DNA of 64,000 nucleotides from positions 80,600,001-80,664,000 of the forward strand of contig OY740784.1 in the NCBI GenBank assembly GCA_963514005.1, read 5' to 3'. Positions 26,331-38,296 of the stretch are shown piece after piece. The DNA comes from Raja brachyura. Its lineage: Eukaryota. Every line of letters begins with the position of its first letter. Positions within the stretch are counted from its first letter, which is position 1. The notes under the pieces are model-generated. The model did not search any database, was not told the origin of the DNA, and saw nothing but the letters and a program-made list of their open reading frames with translations. The position numbers and the translations under genes were made by a program.

Positions 26331-29300
26331 CTAGAGGAGAGTTGGTTTAAAAGGATTAAATATAACGTTAATTAAACCTAATGCACAGCACACAGAGGAC
26401 TTTTGAACTTGGCCGAACTACTTGAGCAACATGCAGTAGATAAAGACATATTGTGCCTGGTTCCTGGTCAGCGGTTCCAGTCACTGTTGTTGAAACACTG
26501 CAGTGACAATACTCCACAAAACCAACACTGCCAGCTGCCACTGACCAAACTGGCACTGGCAAAAATGGATGCAAATTTATTGATGGCATGCTTGAACAAT
26601 TTGTGTGTGCGTGTGAGAAAGAGAAAAATTCAAGGGTCATCCTTCGGAGGCTGTGAATGTCAAAATTCCAGCAGCCACTTTTGTTCCACCAAAAAAGTCT
26701 ACTTTGCTGCAAATCAGGCTTAATGTCACCATACATCTAGCACAAAGAGTGAGTGTGTAATGGCAGCTGTGTCATCCCTGTGGGTTGGCCAAACCTTTAG
26801 AACAAATGCAAATTAACAAGAGTGGGTTGGAGAGAGAGAGGGCAGGGTGCTTGTGGAGCAAATACAACTTCAGTTGGTGTCTCAATGCACGAAGAAGCTC
26901 TGGTTGGGTATGATAATAGGATCGAGCTCATAAGACAAGGCATGACAGGCAATGACTCATCCCCTAGTCCACTCCCACCAAACCAAATCCATATCAGCCT
27001 GTGGCATGGGACCAGCTTCTTTCCCCATTCACCATTGTCCCTTTTGTTATTTCAAATCTCCTGCCTCCCACCCTATCACAGATCTTTCATGTCATTCTCT
27101 CTGCTTGTTCCCCACATTGTCAGCACCCCAGTACCTCACAGTTCTGATATAAATTAAAATCGACCTGAAATCTACCCTGTTTTTCTATCCACAGATGCTG
27201 CCTAACATCTGAACATTCTTTGTACTAAATATGGGTCCAAGGTAAGGCTCCTTGGTTAATGCTAGGTCCAAGGAGTCCTTTACGTTCAGTTTTCATGGCT
27301 TCCACACATCAGCTCCTGAAGAATTACCCCAAGAGCACCACATAATATAATTAATATGCCTTCCATGAAAAAACCACAAAACTGCTCTAGTCTGATAATA
27401 TCCTTGGATCAACCTGTTCTTGCAATAAACAGGCAAGAGGTGGAGAGGGCCTTCCTTCCTAGTTATGATTAAAATCCAAACAGTAGCAGGAAGATGATCC
27501 TTTTGGCATCATTATTGACAATGCATTTATGGGAGTATCTCACTGCAATGGGTTATTTAGAATACCAATAACTCCTTATCCATCCTATGCTGTGTCACAA
27601 ACACAGTGTGCAATGCACCATGCTGCTAACATAACAATTCCTTACCATAAAATGTTCAGATCATCTTTCAAAAGGACTAACATAGGAACGTTCAGAAACA
27701 GGAGCTGATTAACTTCTCCCACCTCTGATTAGACTTGGGCCTCTACAATAATTATCCAATTTCTGATCCAACTTCTATATCTCTTAATTCTGTGGTTCCA
27801 CCAAATTCTGGCTCAATAACTGAGGATCCGCAGCGCTGAGAGGTAGTGGGTTACAAACACCTATAATCCCTCACCTTAGGTAACATTTCTCACCTTAGAG
27901 CTTCACAAAGAAATACAGTGCAATTGAAAACGTTCTTAACTTTGTTCTTGTTCTTAATGTGCAGCTTAAAAATAAATCTACAAATGGATCCATTTACAAA
28001 TTTCATGAAAAGGTCGATGTTACGTGCAATACTTTAAAAAAAAACGGACATGTTATGTGTAATATAGTACAGAGATGGGGAAAGAAAATTCTTATCTTCA
28101 TTACCAGAAATAATTTCAGTCAGATTCAAAAATCATCTCTATATCAACCAATTTTGTAGCATTAACAATCTTCTTATTCAAATCTAATACTTAAATTTAC
28201 AAAGTTCCAAAGCACTTTTGTTTTAAGTCCAGTGTAGGATATTCTTTTAAAGAGTCCACATATAGTCCAGAAGTTATAAAATAGCTATCATTGGCAATAG
28301 TGGTGATCGCAAATTGTTACCACAAACCCATGCATGAAATATGCAAGATACTCATTTACTTTGTTCTCAGTCTCCACTTGGATGCTACTCTTTGATATAA
28401 GATTCCTTTGGGAAAAGAAGTTGGCAATCCTGACTTACATGGAGCACACAAAGCTACAAGAGATGATCTGGTCAGTGGTGAAAATAGAACTTTGGCAGCT
28501 GGTCATTGGTTTCAGTTCTGCATTATTAACTATAAATAGCAACAAAGAAAAATTGTGGATAAAATAATATAGCAAATCACCTGAAGTAAAAAGTGCCCAG
28601 TTTTTAACAGTAATTAAGCATTGTTTTAAAATGGGCAGTTACATAAAAGCAACACAATTAAATTTGTTTATCAATTAATTTGAATAGCATCTTCAGTGAG
28701 GCTAAAAACTAAAAGGAAACATCACTTTTTCTCAGTGACTGATTTTTTATTACTAAACTGATCATAACAACGTCTCAAGGACATGATTTCTTGTCGGAAA
28801 TCTATCAGTATCTCTCCAAAGACAAGAACTTTACGACATTGCCTTTTGCGAGTGTAACTATCTTAAGCTACTTGGGAGTCGCGTATCGTCCAGCTGATTC
28901 CTCAGGAGATTCATGTCCAAACATTCAAAATTAAAAGGCATCGATCCTATCTAAAGGATGCTGCTGCTAACCTACTGAATGTTTATCAAACATCCAGACA
29001 CCCCATGGCACTTCTCAATTGAAATCATTCTTTCCTCAATGACAAAGCATCAAGGATTTGTAAAATTCTTGGTATCATATTTTACACATTAGTTGCCCAG
29101 AAACTACAAGACCCTCAAAAGATTTAGGTTTTGTTCCCTTTGGAGTATGCCACTGCTCTGCAATACATTCCTGTTCACCAGAAACCATTTTATTATCTAC
29201 ACATCAAACATGCATGCCTTTCGCAACAAACGTAATGCTACTGACTCTTTCAATATTCCAAGCAAGCCATTTAAAGAAACCAATGGAAAAACAGGAATTA

Positions 29301-29438
29301 ATTATTAATAAAAAGCTCCCACATAGAATTTGGAATGGGCGAATGGCTATTTCAATTCTTGTTGACACAGGGACAGTTTGTGGAACCCTCTTCCGAGGGT
29401 TTTAAGCAGCTGCTTAGTCCTTATCCCTCCGAGCTCAC

Positions 29439-29573
29439 CTTTCCTTTTTCGGGTACTTTCCTGGATCCTTCTTGTCCAAAAAATTTTCCCAGCTGGTCAA
29501 GTAGACCAGAGTCTCTTTGCCTTGAATGGGCTCCTGCATGCTTAGTGTGGTCTGAGGTGCTTGCCGATGCCAT
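29439..29573 (-). CDS. MBP: Classic myelin basic protein, first coding segment (45 aa)
   Basis: ATG at 29573. [45 protein letters not shown] resembles elasmobranch MBP N-termini, and [14 protein letters not shown] aligns with mammalian RDTGILDSIGRFFG. Phase-0 donor. Confidence 0.96.
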
Positions 29574-29893
29574 CTGTTTTGCTCCTTGTCCCTTCTTGTC
29601 TGAACTAATTAACGTTTGTGAGCTCTGTTTCTGCACTTCCATCAAATGCGGGTCCGCCACAGGAACTGAGCTATCCTCATGGATGGCCTGGAGTTCTTCA
29701 GATACTGATGGGCGGTCTTTGAAGGTGTTGTCTTCACGTCCTGGCGCGTCACGAGAAAAGAGGCGGACCAAGTGAGGGCGGACAGCTGGCTCAGCTGTGT
29801 TGGCATCTTTTGGGTCCACTGCACTCTTCGAGCCTGTCGCCACCACCTTCTCCTGTGAGGAGGATCCATTGTTCGAAGTAACATCTGTCTCTG
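29439..29893 (-). CDS. MBP: Golli-MBP exon: Golli domain C-terminal part plus classic MBP exon 1 (equivalent to mammalian exon 5a/5b)
   Basis: Translation [14 protein letters not shown]...[36 protein letters not shown]... matches the Golli motif [36 protein letters not shown] and runs in frame into MASASTSD...VPEKGK. Acceptor ttgttgtttgcag precedes 29893 (phase 1; tandem CAG gives an alternative start at 29890). Donor AAG|gtgag follows 29439. Confidence 0.96.
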
Positions 29894-29960
29894 CTGCAAA
29901 CAACAAGTACAAGCAATGAATGTGGGCCTCTCAAATGACATCCAAGAACAATGCTGCATT
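29700..29960 (-). promoter_or_regulatory. Candidate classic MBP proximal promoter overlapping the Golli-coding exon
   Basis: Minus strand has AACAATG (SOX motif, 29873-29867) and ACACCTTCAAAGAC containing TTCAAA (29723-29718), at positions equivalent to the mammalian MBP promoter, which lies inside this exon. A further AACAATG is at 29947-29953. Function is inferred. Confidence 0.5.
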
Positions 29961-30909
29961 TCACAAAGGCAGCCTTAGTCATTTCACCACCAACATAGCA
30001 TTACAGCAAACCTAATTTCAGGTCTTAATGCAAAGTTCAAATATCACCTTCTATTAATTCTAAATTAAATTAAAAAATAAACTCATGCAAAAGATTTTCA
30101 CCATCATTTGATAGGGTTATCATGCAAACTGAAACAGCAGCATAGTACGCACAATATTCAAGGCTCAACACAGTAACAAAACATCAAGCCATCAGCATAC
30201 TAAATATGGATCAACAGTTGTGCCTTGTTTGACTGAATGCGCTTATTGATTCTAAACAAAGCGGGGGCTTTGGTGACAGAACATGGTTAACGTTCTTTGT
30301 CAGTGGTCAAGCAGGATTCTATAGAGCAGTTAGAGGTTTAAAATAAAAATGAGATCACTTTATTGAATGAGAAAGTATGACAATAATTAATTTTTCCTCA
30401 TAACTACCAAGTTTTATACACCAACATTCGCATGAGCATGTCCAAAAGCTAGACAAATCCAAACATTGCATATCAATTGTAAATCCATTCAGTCAACCAT
30501 TCTGCCTCAACCACTTCATCATTCCACTGGGGCTTGATAGCTAACACAGGACTTAGTAAGGAACCAGGTATTTAAATCAGAGGATAGTTTTTTTTTTAAA
30601 CGATATATGCACAAAAGAGTACTTCAAATATCTTTAGATTTTTAAAGTCACATGCAGTTGGATTATATATTTATGTCACCAAATTAAAAAAAAAAAACAG
30701 TATGGCACAAAATAGGAAATAGTGGTTCCATGGGTAACTGCTGACTAGCTGTTGTACCTGAAGCTTCCCTGCTCTTACGCAATGCAATGCAGAAATCTGG
30801 AATACACCGGACTCCACACTCAGTCAGGAGAGGTTGCAGACTGTTCCAGACCAACAAGCTGGAGACACTTCGCATCCAGCTGGGCACTGGTCTGCTCAAT
30901 TGAAATACG

Positions 30910-31270
30910 TCAGAGTCATAGAGTCATACAGCATGGAAACAGGCCCTTTGGCCTAACTTGCCCAGGCCAACCAAGATGCCCCATTTATGCTAGTCCCACC
31001 TGCCCGAATTTGGCCCATATTCCTCCAAACCTTCCCCATCCATGTACCTGTCCAAATGTCTTTTAAATTATGTTATAGTACCTGCCTCAACTATCACCTC
31101 TGATAGCTCGTCCTATATGCCCACCATCCTCGGTCCTTAGGTTTCTATTAAATCTTTCTCCTCTTACTTTAAACTTATATCCTCTGGTTCTTGATTTCCC
31201 TACTCTGGGTAAAAGACTCTATGATTCACCGTATCTATTCCCCTCATGTTTTTAAACTCCTCTATAAAGA
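30910..31270 (-). mobile_element. CR1-like LINE 3' end
   Basis: Starts with the agagtcatagagtcatacagcatggaaacaggccc tail and continues as the reverse complement of the RT C-terminal region, similar to 45720-46290. Confidence 0.75.
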
Positions 31271-31464
31271 TCCTAAATGGAAAAGTGGCTTAACTTTTTA
31301 ATTGATATGTGAAACTCATCATATCCATAATAAATTGTAGTCAGAGGTGTACAGTACAGAAACAGACCATTTGACCCATCACTCCTGTGCCAATCCTTTT
31401 GACAATCTACGCTAATCCCATTTGCCCGAATTAGGAATCTATGCCTTGGCTATTTAGTTTACCT

Positions 31465-31770
31465 TAGTTAAGTTTAGAAATACAGAATGGAAACAGGCCT
31501 ATTGGCCCACTAATTCCACGTTGACCATCAATCACCCGTTCACACTAGTTCTGTATTATTCCATTTTCACATCCCACATCCCAACAGATTTTACAATTTT
31601 ACAGAGGCCAATTAACCAACAAACCTGCACATCTTTGGGATGTGAGAGGAACCCCATGCACTTGCATGGAGAATGTGCAAACACCTCAAAGAAACAATCG
31701 AGGTCAGGATCGAACCCAGGTCTCAGGCGCCGAGAGGCAGCAGCTCTACCAGCTGTGCCACTGTGTTGCC
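31465..31770 (-). mobile_element. HE1-like SINE
   Basis: ...ggtcaggatcgaacccagg...gaggcagcagctctaccagctgtgccactgtg is the reverse complement of the SINE head. Confidence 0.75.
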
Positions 31771-33504
31771 CAATAAATTTGTTTCAACTGTCTTTAAATG
31801 TCTGTGATCAACAGAGGCAGTTAGAAGTAATAGAGAAGGCAGACGACAGCACAAAATGAATGACGACCATGTCCATGGATGGACTGGCGCCTCAGGTTCA
31901 CCCACCTGAGCCTGGTCACTGTTCATGTGCTTTGTAGGATGAACAATGTTATCTGGAACCATGCAGCTGCATTGGACCATTCACAGCACGGTGGTGTAGG
32001 AGGTGGTCACTGCGGCTACGCTTGGCCAGACTGACCCTCCAACGCAGGCAGGACAATGGGCCTTCATCGTCAGGTCAAGAACCCTTCACTTACAACAACT
32101 GACACTTGAAAAGGGCGACACATTTGGTGATGCTGTACACTGCCTCTGTACACTAGTGCTATACACTTGTACTGTATCTGAGATGCTTATCCAAGAGGTA
32201 TGTAATGTATGTATAGTCATATTTATTCTGAACTGTATACATAAATTAATTTTACTGTACTTGCACCTGTGATAATAAAGTACCATTGAACTATATATGT
32301 TTTTAAATTCCAGATTATTAATTGAATTTAAGTTCTGTAGCAAACCCTGGCAGGAATTGAACTCAGATCTCCACTAATCCTGGTCTTTGAGCTTCTGGTC
32401 CAGTAAGATAACTATTCCGCAAACCAAAAGATCAATACTGACCTCCACCACCCCAAAGTGAATTCAAACTGAGTCGGCTTTCTGTACACATTGATAAGCA
32501 ATGCTGTTGGAGAGGGGCTGAATGGTCAAATCCAGAGATTCCTCATGTTCCTATTAGGCGCTTATGGTGTTATTCGATACCACACATTAAGTTAAAAATA
32601 AACCCTGTTCACAAATTAACTTTACAAGCACTAAGATTTAAAACAAAATCCATGTACGTTATAGTGCTCGAAAATCACTGCATGCCCATGATATATTATA
32701 TCATGTGTAGGAAATAATATATTCATAATATATAATGCCCATGATATATATCATATTGATTTTTGTAGTGTCAGCACATATATTAACCAATAAAAAATGT
32801 CAGTGGAGCATTGCACCTGAAAAGGTTAAACCACGAAAGAACAATGCTGAAAGCTACAAATTAATTGAGCTCATATTTGTCATAATTCAAATACTACCAT
32901 CGATCACTTTAAAAATGTAAAATAACTTATTGAATTTTAGCATTGACCTTGAGGAAAAGGATGACAGTACACCAACTTCATCAAGCGGCTCAATGACTGA
33001 AAAGGAATGTTGAGATGAGGTAAACATTTTTCTCTGAGGCTCTGAAACTTTCTAAAGAACCATAAAAGCAGGGTCCTTGAATATTGTTATGACAGAGGTA
33101 TGTACATTCTTCAGAGGATGAATGGTTGACATTTTTGCCTATTTGATGCAGTAAGTCTATTTAAGAGCCTGTCTAAATGCTATGTAAATGCATTAATTGT
33201 ATTCAGTAATTGTAACAGATTCCATCATCTCCTCTGGCACTGTGTTCCAGATATCATTCATTTTGTGCATGCAGAAACTCACACCTAAAATCCCTTTTAA
33301 ATCTCACTTCCTACCTTTAAACTTTGCCTTCTTGTTTTTGTTGCCATTGGAAGGAATTTCAAGATTTACTGACAGCAATAATTTTTCCATGTCAAGATGG
33401 CATGCGACTTGGAGGGGAACTCGGAAGTGGTGCTGTTCCCATGCACCTGATGACGTGGTCCTTCTTGGTGGGTGGAGGTGACAGAATTGGGAGTCTGCAG
33501 GTGA

Positions 33505-33885
33505 TCACGAAACATAGAAAATGGGTGCAGGAGTAGGCCATTCGGCCCTTCGAGCCAGCACCGCCATTCAATATGATCATGGCTGATCATCCAAAATCAG
33601 TATCCCTTTCCGTCTTTCTCCCCATATCCCCTGATCCTGTTAGCCATAAGAGCTATATCTAACTCTCTCTTGAAAACATTGTGAATTGGCCTCCACTGCC
33701 TTTTGTGGCAGAGAATTTCACAGATTCACAACTGTGTGAAAAGATTTTCCTCATCTCAGTCCTAAATGACCTACACCTTATTCTTAAACTGTGACCCCCT
33801 GGTTCTGGACTCTCCCAACATCGGGAACATTTTTCTTGGATTTGCCCGTCCAATTCTTTAAGAATTGTATATGTTTCTATAAGAT
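33505..33885 (-). mobile_element. CR1 LINE 3' end
   Basis: ORF-track peptide DLIETYTILKELD...GHSLRIRCRSFRTEMRKIFS, with the conserved 3' tail. Confidence 0.85.
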
Positions 33886-34539
33886 CCATATACCACATCC
33901 ATATCCATAAACCACAGGCAATGCAGAGATAACGGTGCTCTATTCCATCTTGCTGAAAATGTGTTGAATGAATCAACTGTCTGTTAAGTAGCTTCATTCA
34001 ATCGTAAGTGTTCCAACATCATAAAAGGGTATGCTAATGCTACCTCATGAGAGGGACATTGGATGGAATCAAGGCCTTTCCACACGTTGCTCGTAATACA
34101 TGTGCCATAAATTAAAACAATTTGGTGTTAAATTAACAAACTGAAATAGAAAGCCAACTTTAACTGCAGGTCCTGGAAATCTGAAACAAAAACAGAAAAT
34201 GCAGGAAACACTGACCAGGTCAGGCCGCATCTGTGGGAAGAGGAACAGAATCAACATTTCAGATCAGAGACCCTTCATCAGGATTAGGAGGAGACATAAG
34301 AAGCTTATTAAGATGCTGGGAGGGTGTGTCGGCTTGCTCTGCAACATCTTAGCAACATTGACTGCAGGATAAATCTTGGCGACGAAACGTAGCACGATTC
34401 TCCGTCTCTGACACTGTGTCATGGGATCTTGTATTCTTACCCTAGTGATCAAACCATCTGAAAGATGACACCTCTGGCAGTTCTGCACTCCTTGGTTTGA
34501 CACTATATTTCAGATTATGCCAACACATTGAAGCGACAG

Positions 34540-34770
34540 CCAAGCAAGAACACCAACACCTCTACTTCCTCAGGAGACCGAACAAATTCAGCATGTTTGC
34601 AATGACTCTTACAAACTTCTACAAATGCACTGTAGAATTCCTACTGTTGGGTTGATCACAGCTTGGGGTGGGTACAGCTTTTCTCAAGACCACAAGAAAT
34701 TAAAGAGAGTTGTAGATGTAGCCCAGTTTATTACAAGTACCAGACTCTCTGCCATGAACTCCATCTACAT
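34540..34770 (+). mobile_element. Rex1/Babar-type LINE fragment
   Basis: caacacctctacttcctcaggaga (QHLYFLRR)...cagcttgg...gagagttgtagatgtagcccag; same family as 46780-47060. Confidence 0.65.
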
Positions 34771-36400
34771 TTTGAGGAAGTAAATAGCAGGATAGACAAA
34801 GGAGAGTCAGTGGATGTCATGTACCTAGATTTTCAGAAGGCCTTTGACAAGGTGTCGCACGTGAGGCTGCTAAAGAAGATGAAAGCCCATGGTATCAACG
34901 GGATGATATAACATCGATAGTAGGTCAGTGACTAATGGTGTTCCGCAGGGGTCGCTGCTGGGGCCGCTTCTCTTCACGTTGTATATCAATGATTTGGATG
35001 AGGGGATTGAAGGTTCTGTGGCCAAGTTTGCATATGATACGAAGATAGGTGGAGGGGCAAATAGTGTAGAGAAAGCAGGGACACTGGAGAAGGATTTAGG
35101 CAGGTTGGGATAGTGGGCAAAGAAGTGGCAGACGGAAGTCAGTGAAGCAAAGTGTGGAGTCATGCATTTTGGTAGTAGCAATAAATGGGGAGAATTCAGA
35201 AATCGGAGGTGCAAAGGGACTTGGGAGTGCTGGTGCAGGATTCCCACAAAGTTACTGTATTTCCCGGCGTCCAAGACTATTTTTTACTCTAAAATAAGGC
35301 CCGAACATTTACCTGCGTCTTGGAGGCGGACGGTTAGGCTGAGCAATGGCACTCTCTTAGCAACTGTTCCACGGAACCTGCCACGCCTTTGACCCTGGAA
35401 CTGTGTGACGTGGGAAGCGGCTGTAAAACGACAGCACCGCTGGTGGGAGTGGGGGGGGGGGAAAGAGTTCTGGCCCGGGTCAGCACGGCATGGGCTGCAC
35501 AAAGTAGTAAACTTGGCTGGGCCGCCAGGGGTAAAGTTGTGGGGAGGGCAGGAGAGTTGAGAAGGAGGGGGTCGGAGATCATGCCAGCAACTCACTCACC
35601 AGTTGCGGAGCGGAGCCACCGCATTGTGGCCGGGGAGGGAAGTAGCTTGGGTGGCTGTGAGTGGCCACCGGGACTCGGGTGGCTGTGAGTGACAGCGGGA
35701 CCGGCCGCCACCTCAACGCCTTCCGCCGGCCCGTCCGCCTGTCAGCCACAGTGTCCTTCGACACAGGCACAACCGGTGGAGGTGGTGGGGTGCATCTTCG
35801 ATGCAGGTGCGTCTTCATTGCCGGGAAATACGGTAATTTGCAAGTCGAATCGGTAGTAAGGAAAGCACTTGCAATGCAAGCATTTATTTCAAGAGGACTA
35901 GAATATAAAAATGGATGTAACGCTGAGGCTTTATCAGGCACTGGTCAGATCGCGTTTGGAGTATTGAGAGCAGTTTTGGGCCCCATGTTGAATTGAATTG
36001 AAGTTATTTGTCATTCAGACCGAAGGGTCTGAATGAAATTTCGTTCCCCTGCAGCCATACATATAATTAGTATCATATTAGATACTATATTAGATACATA
36101 TCTGAGGAAGGATGTGTTGGTGTTAGAGAAGATATAGTTACAGGAGATAGTAAGAGTCTTTTCCCCTGGAACGGAAATGTCAAATACTAGAGGGCATAGC
36201 TTTACGGTGAGAGGGGAAAGGTTAAAGGATAGTTAGGAGGTAATTTTTATTTTTGCACATAGAGTGGTCCATCCTGTAACCAGCTGGCAGGGAAGTGGGG
36301 GAAGCAATTACAATTACGCAAGTAAGAAGCATTTAGACAGCCAAATGAACACAAAGGGAATGGAGGGATAGAGACCAAATGGAAGTAGATGGAATAAAAA
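34770..36400 (+). mobile_element. CR1 LINE ORF2 reverse transcriptase fragments, interrupted by a DNA transposon
   Basis: Peptides VDVMYLDFQKAFDKVSH, GVPQGSLLGPLLFTLYINDL..KFA.DTK and NLQVESVVRKALAMQAFISRGLEYK. Internal deletions and stops. Confidence 0.88.
35255..35833. mobile_element. Non-autonomous Tc1/mariner (pogo/Tigger-like) element
   Basis: TA|ctgtatttcccggc...gccgggaaatacgg|TA gives TIRs with a TA duplication. Removing it rejoins CR1 sequence aaagtta-atttgcaagtcgaatc. GC/CpG-rich interior. Confidence 0.85.
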
Positions 36401-38296
36401 GGAACTGTAAATGCTGGTTATTACCAAGGATAGACACAAAATGCTGGATAGTTCTGGTGTGCGGGGTAATTGCTGGTCAGCACAGACTCGATGGGCCGAT
36501 GTGTCTGTTTCCGTGCTGCAAATTCAACTAGAAATGATCAACACCATCAAGCAATGCTGTGCTTCATGGGTCAGAAGTTAACCACCTTTGTGGGTGTGAG
36601 CACAAATCTCACTGGGCAATGCAGGTAGTTTTGAAGGGAATTGCCAGCATTTAACTGCTAATCTGGTACTAAGTCTGACTATTTGCCTGGCGGCTGGGAT
36701 CCCGCAGAACACAGCAATGAGCCTGGTTGTGCTGTGATCCCACAGCGTCTAAGGATGGAGCCCAGTTCTACTGCAAATCTGCAGAATCCTTCGATGGAGC
36801 CCAGTTCGGCTGGGATGCTGCAGAAACCAGTGACGAAGCCCTGCCCCACAGAATCCGGAGATGGGGCTAATTTCTGTTGGGATTCAGTCAATAAGACTGA
36901 CCCTCCACATCAGATTGAGGGAAATACAGGACTGGGGAAAGTGTGGGCTGTGGTTTCAGTACCTGGCCCAATAGTAACACAAGTGAGTTTTCATCAACTT
37001 CAATAGAACCATATTTCAGAGGTCAATTTCATCGTGCACACTACATAGAACAAGCTTGCATAGCTGGTTTAATCTTCCCTTGGAGACTACATTCCTCTTT
37101 GGACTATGTAATAGCTACTCATTGATGTGTGAAGCTGACTGAAGCAAATGTAATTACAACGGCATTTAGAAAATATTATTAATAAATTAATTTCATTCAA
37201 TCTGATGACCAGCTACAAATTGAATTGATTTGAGAAAATGGACTTTTCAATAAATGTCAAGCTCCGTGGAATTAGGATGAGCTTGGGCAGGTACAGTTAC
37301 ACCAATTACGATCATGCAACCGATTACGACTTGGCCTTTTATCTGTAATTACCAATTCCTAGCATCATAAACTCAAAGTGCTTCAACTGGTTTGGGTTTC
37401 TTGAAGCTTAATTATTGATATCAATGTATCAGTTTACAAAAAAAGATTCACGAATCAAATGAGAAAAAACCCCTAGATATTTCAGCATCCATGAAGAGAG
37501 AAATAGAGTCAATATTTCAGACTGGTGACCTTTCATCCTTGCTGGAGGGCAGGAACCAGTGAATCAGAAGCTGGTACTTTACTTGAAGATTAAAATAGGC
37601 AGGGTTGCACTGCAAGCCATTTTTCAACATTCAGCCTGAGACTTGGCTGTAAACCACACCCTTGTGAAACAGGCGACCAGGATGTCTGGCAAATAAGCAT
37701 TTGTACGTTCATGGGATTTAAAAGAAACAATTGCCATTAAAAACAAAAGCGTTTTCATTTGCTTTTACATAAGACGTTAATGTACAATAATGCGATGTGA
37801 TGTGCACAGTTAGCAGAACTTAACATTGGGTCGGGACAATGTATGCTATTCATATGGTACTGTTAAGCCATTGTGCTGATACAATGGCTTACAATATAAC
37901 AGCCATAAATCTTTACTCCATAAAAGACTGCACATGGTGGAAATCTGAAGCAGAAAGGATGTGATTGAGGTGTCTCTCCCTCATGCACTCATCGTTGAAT
38001 CAAATAGCTGCTTGCCGACCTCTGCCATCCAACAATGCCAAGACAAGAAGGAGAGATCCCTGCATTGTTTTCGGGATGTCAGCAATCCCAGGCCATTGCC
38101 TAGAGAAGGTGAAGGTGAAGGTGATCTATCCTCCTGAACCAGCGCAGCACATGTGGTGAAGAAGACCCCACCACTCATTTTGGTTCTGCTTGAAAGGATA
38201 GTCAAGAGTCAACCATATTGGCAAAAGTTTTGAGTCATCTATAGTTAAGGATGGCAGTATTTCATCCATAGAGAATAATTGGGAAAACGAAACTTA

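Noticed and set aside
29335-29775. 146-aa plus-strand ORF overlapping the Golli exon
   Set aside because: Antisense shadow of a real coding exon, with no recognisable domain.
35284-35996. GC-rich region with overlapping ORFs, resembling a CpG-island gene
   Set aside because: Interior of a TIR-bounded non-autonomous transposon plus CR1 sequence.
36679-37006. 107-aa ORF with a short internal repeat (gatggagcccagttc twice)
   Set aside because: Small tandem duplication with no homology or convincing splice signals.
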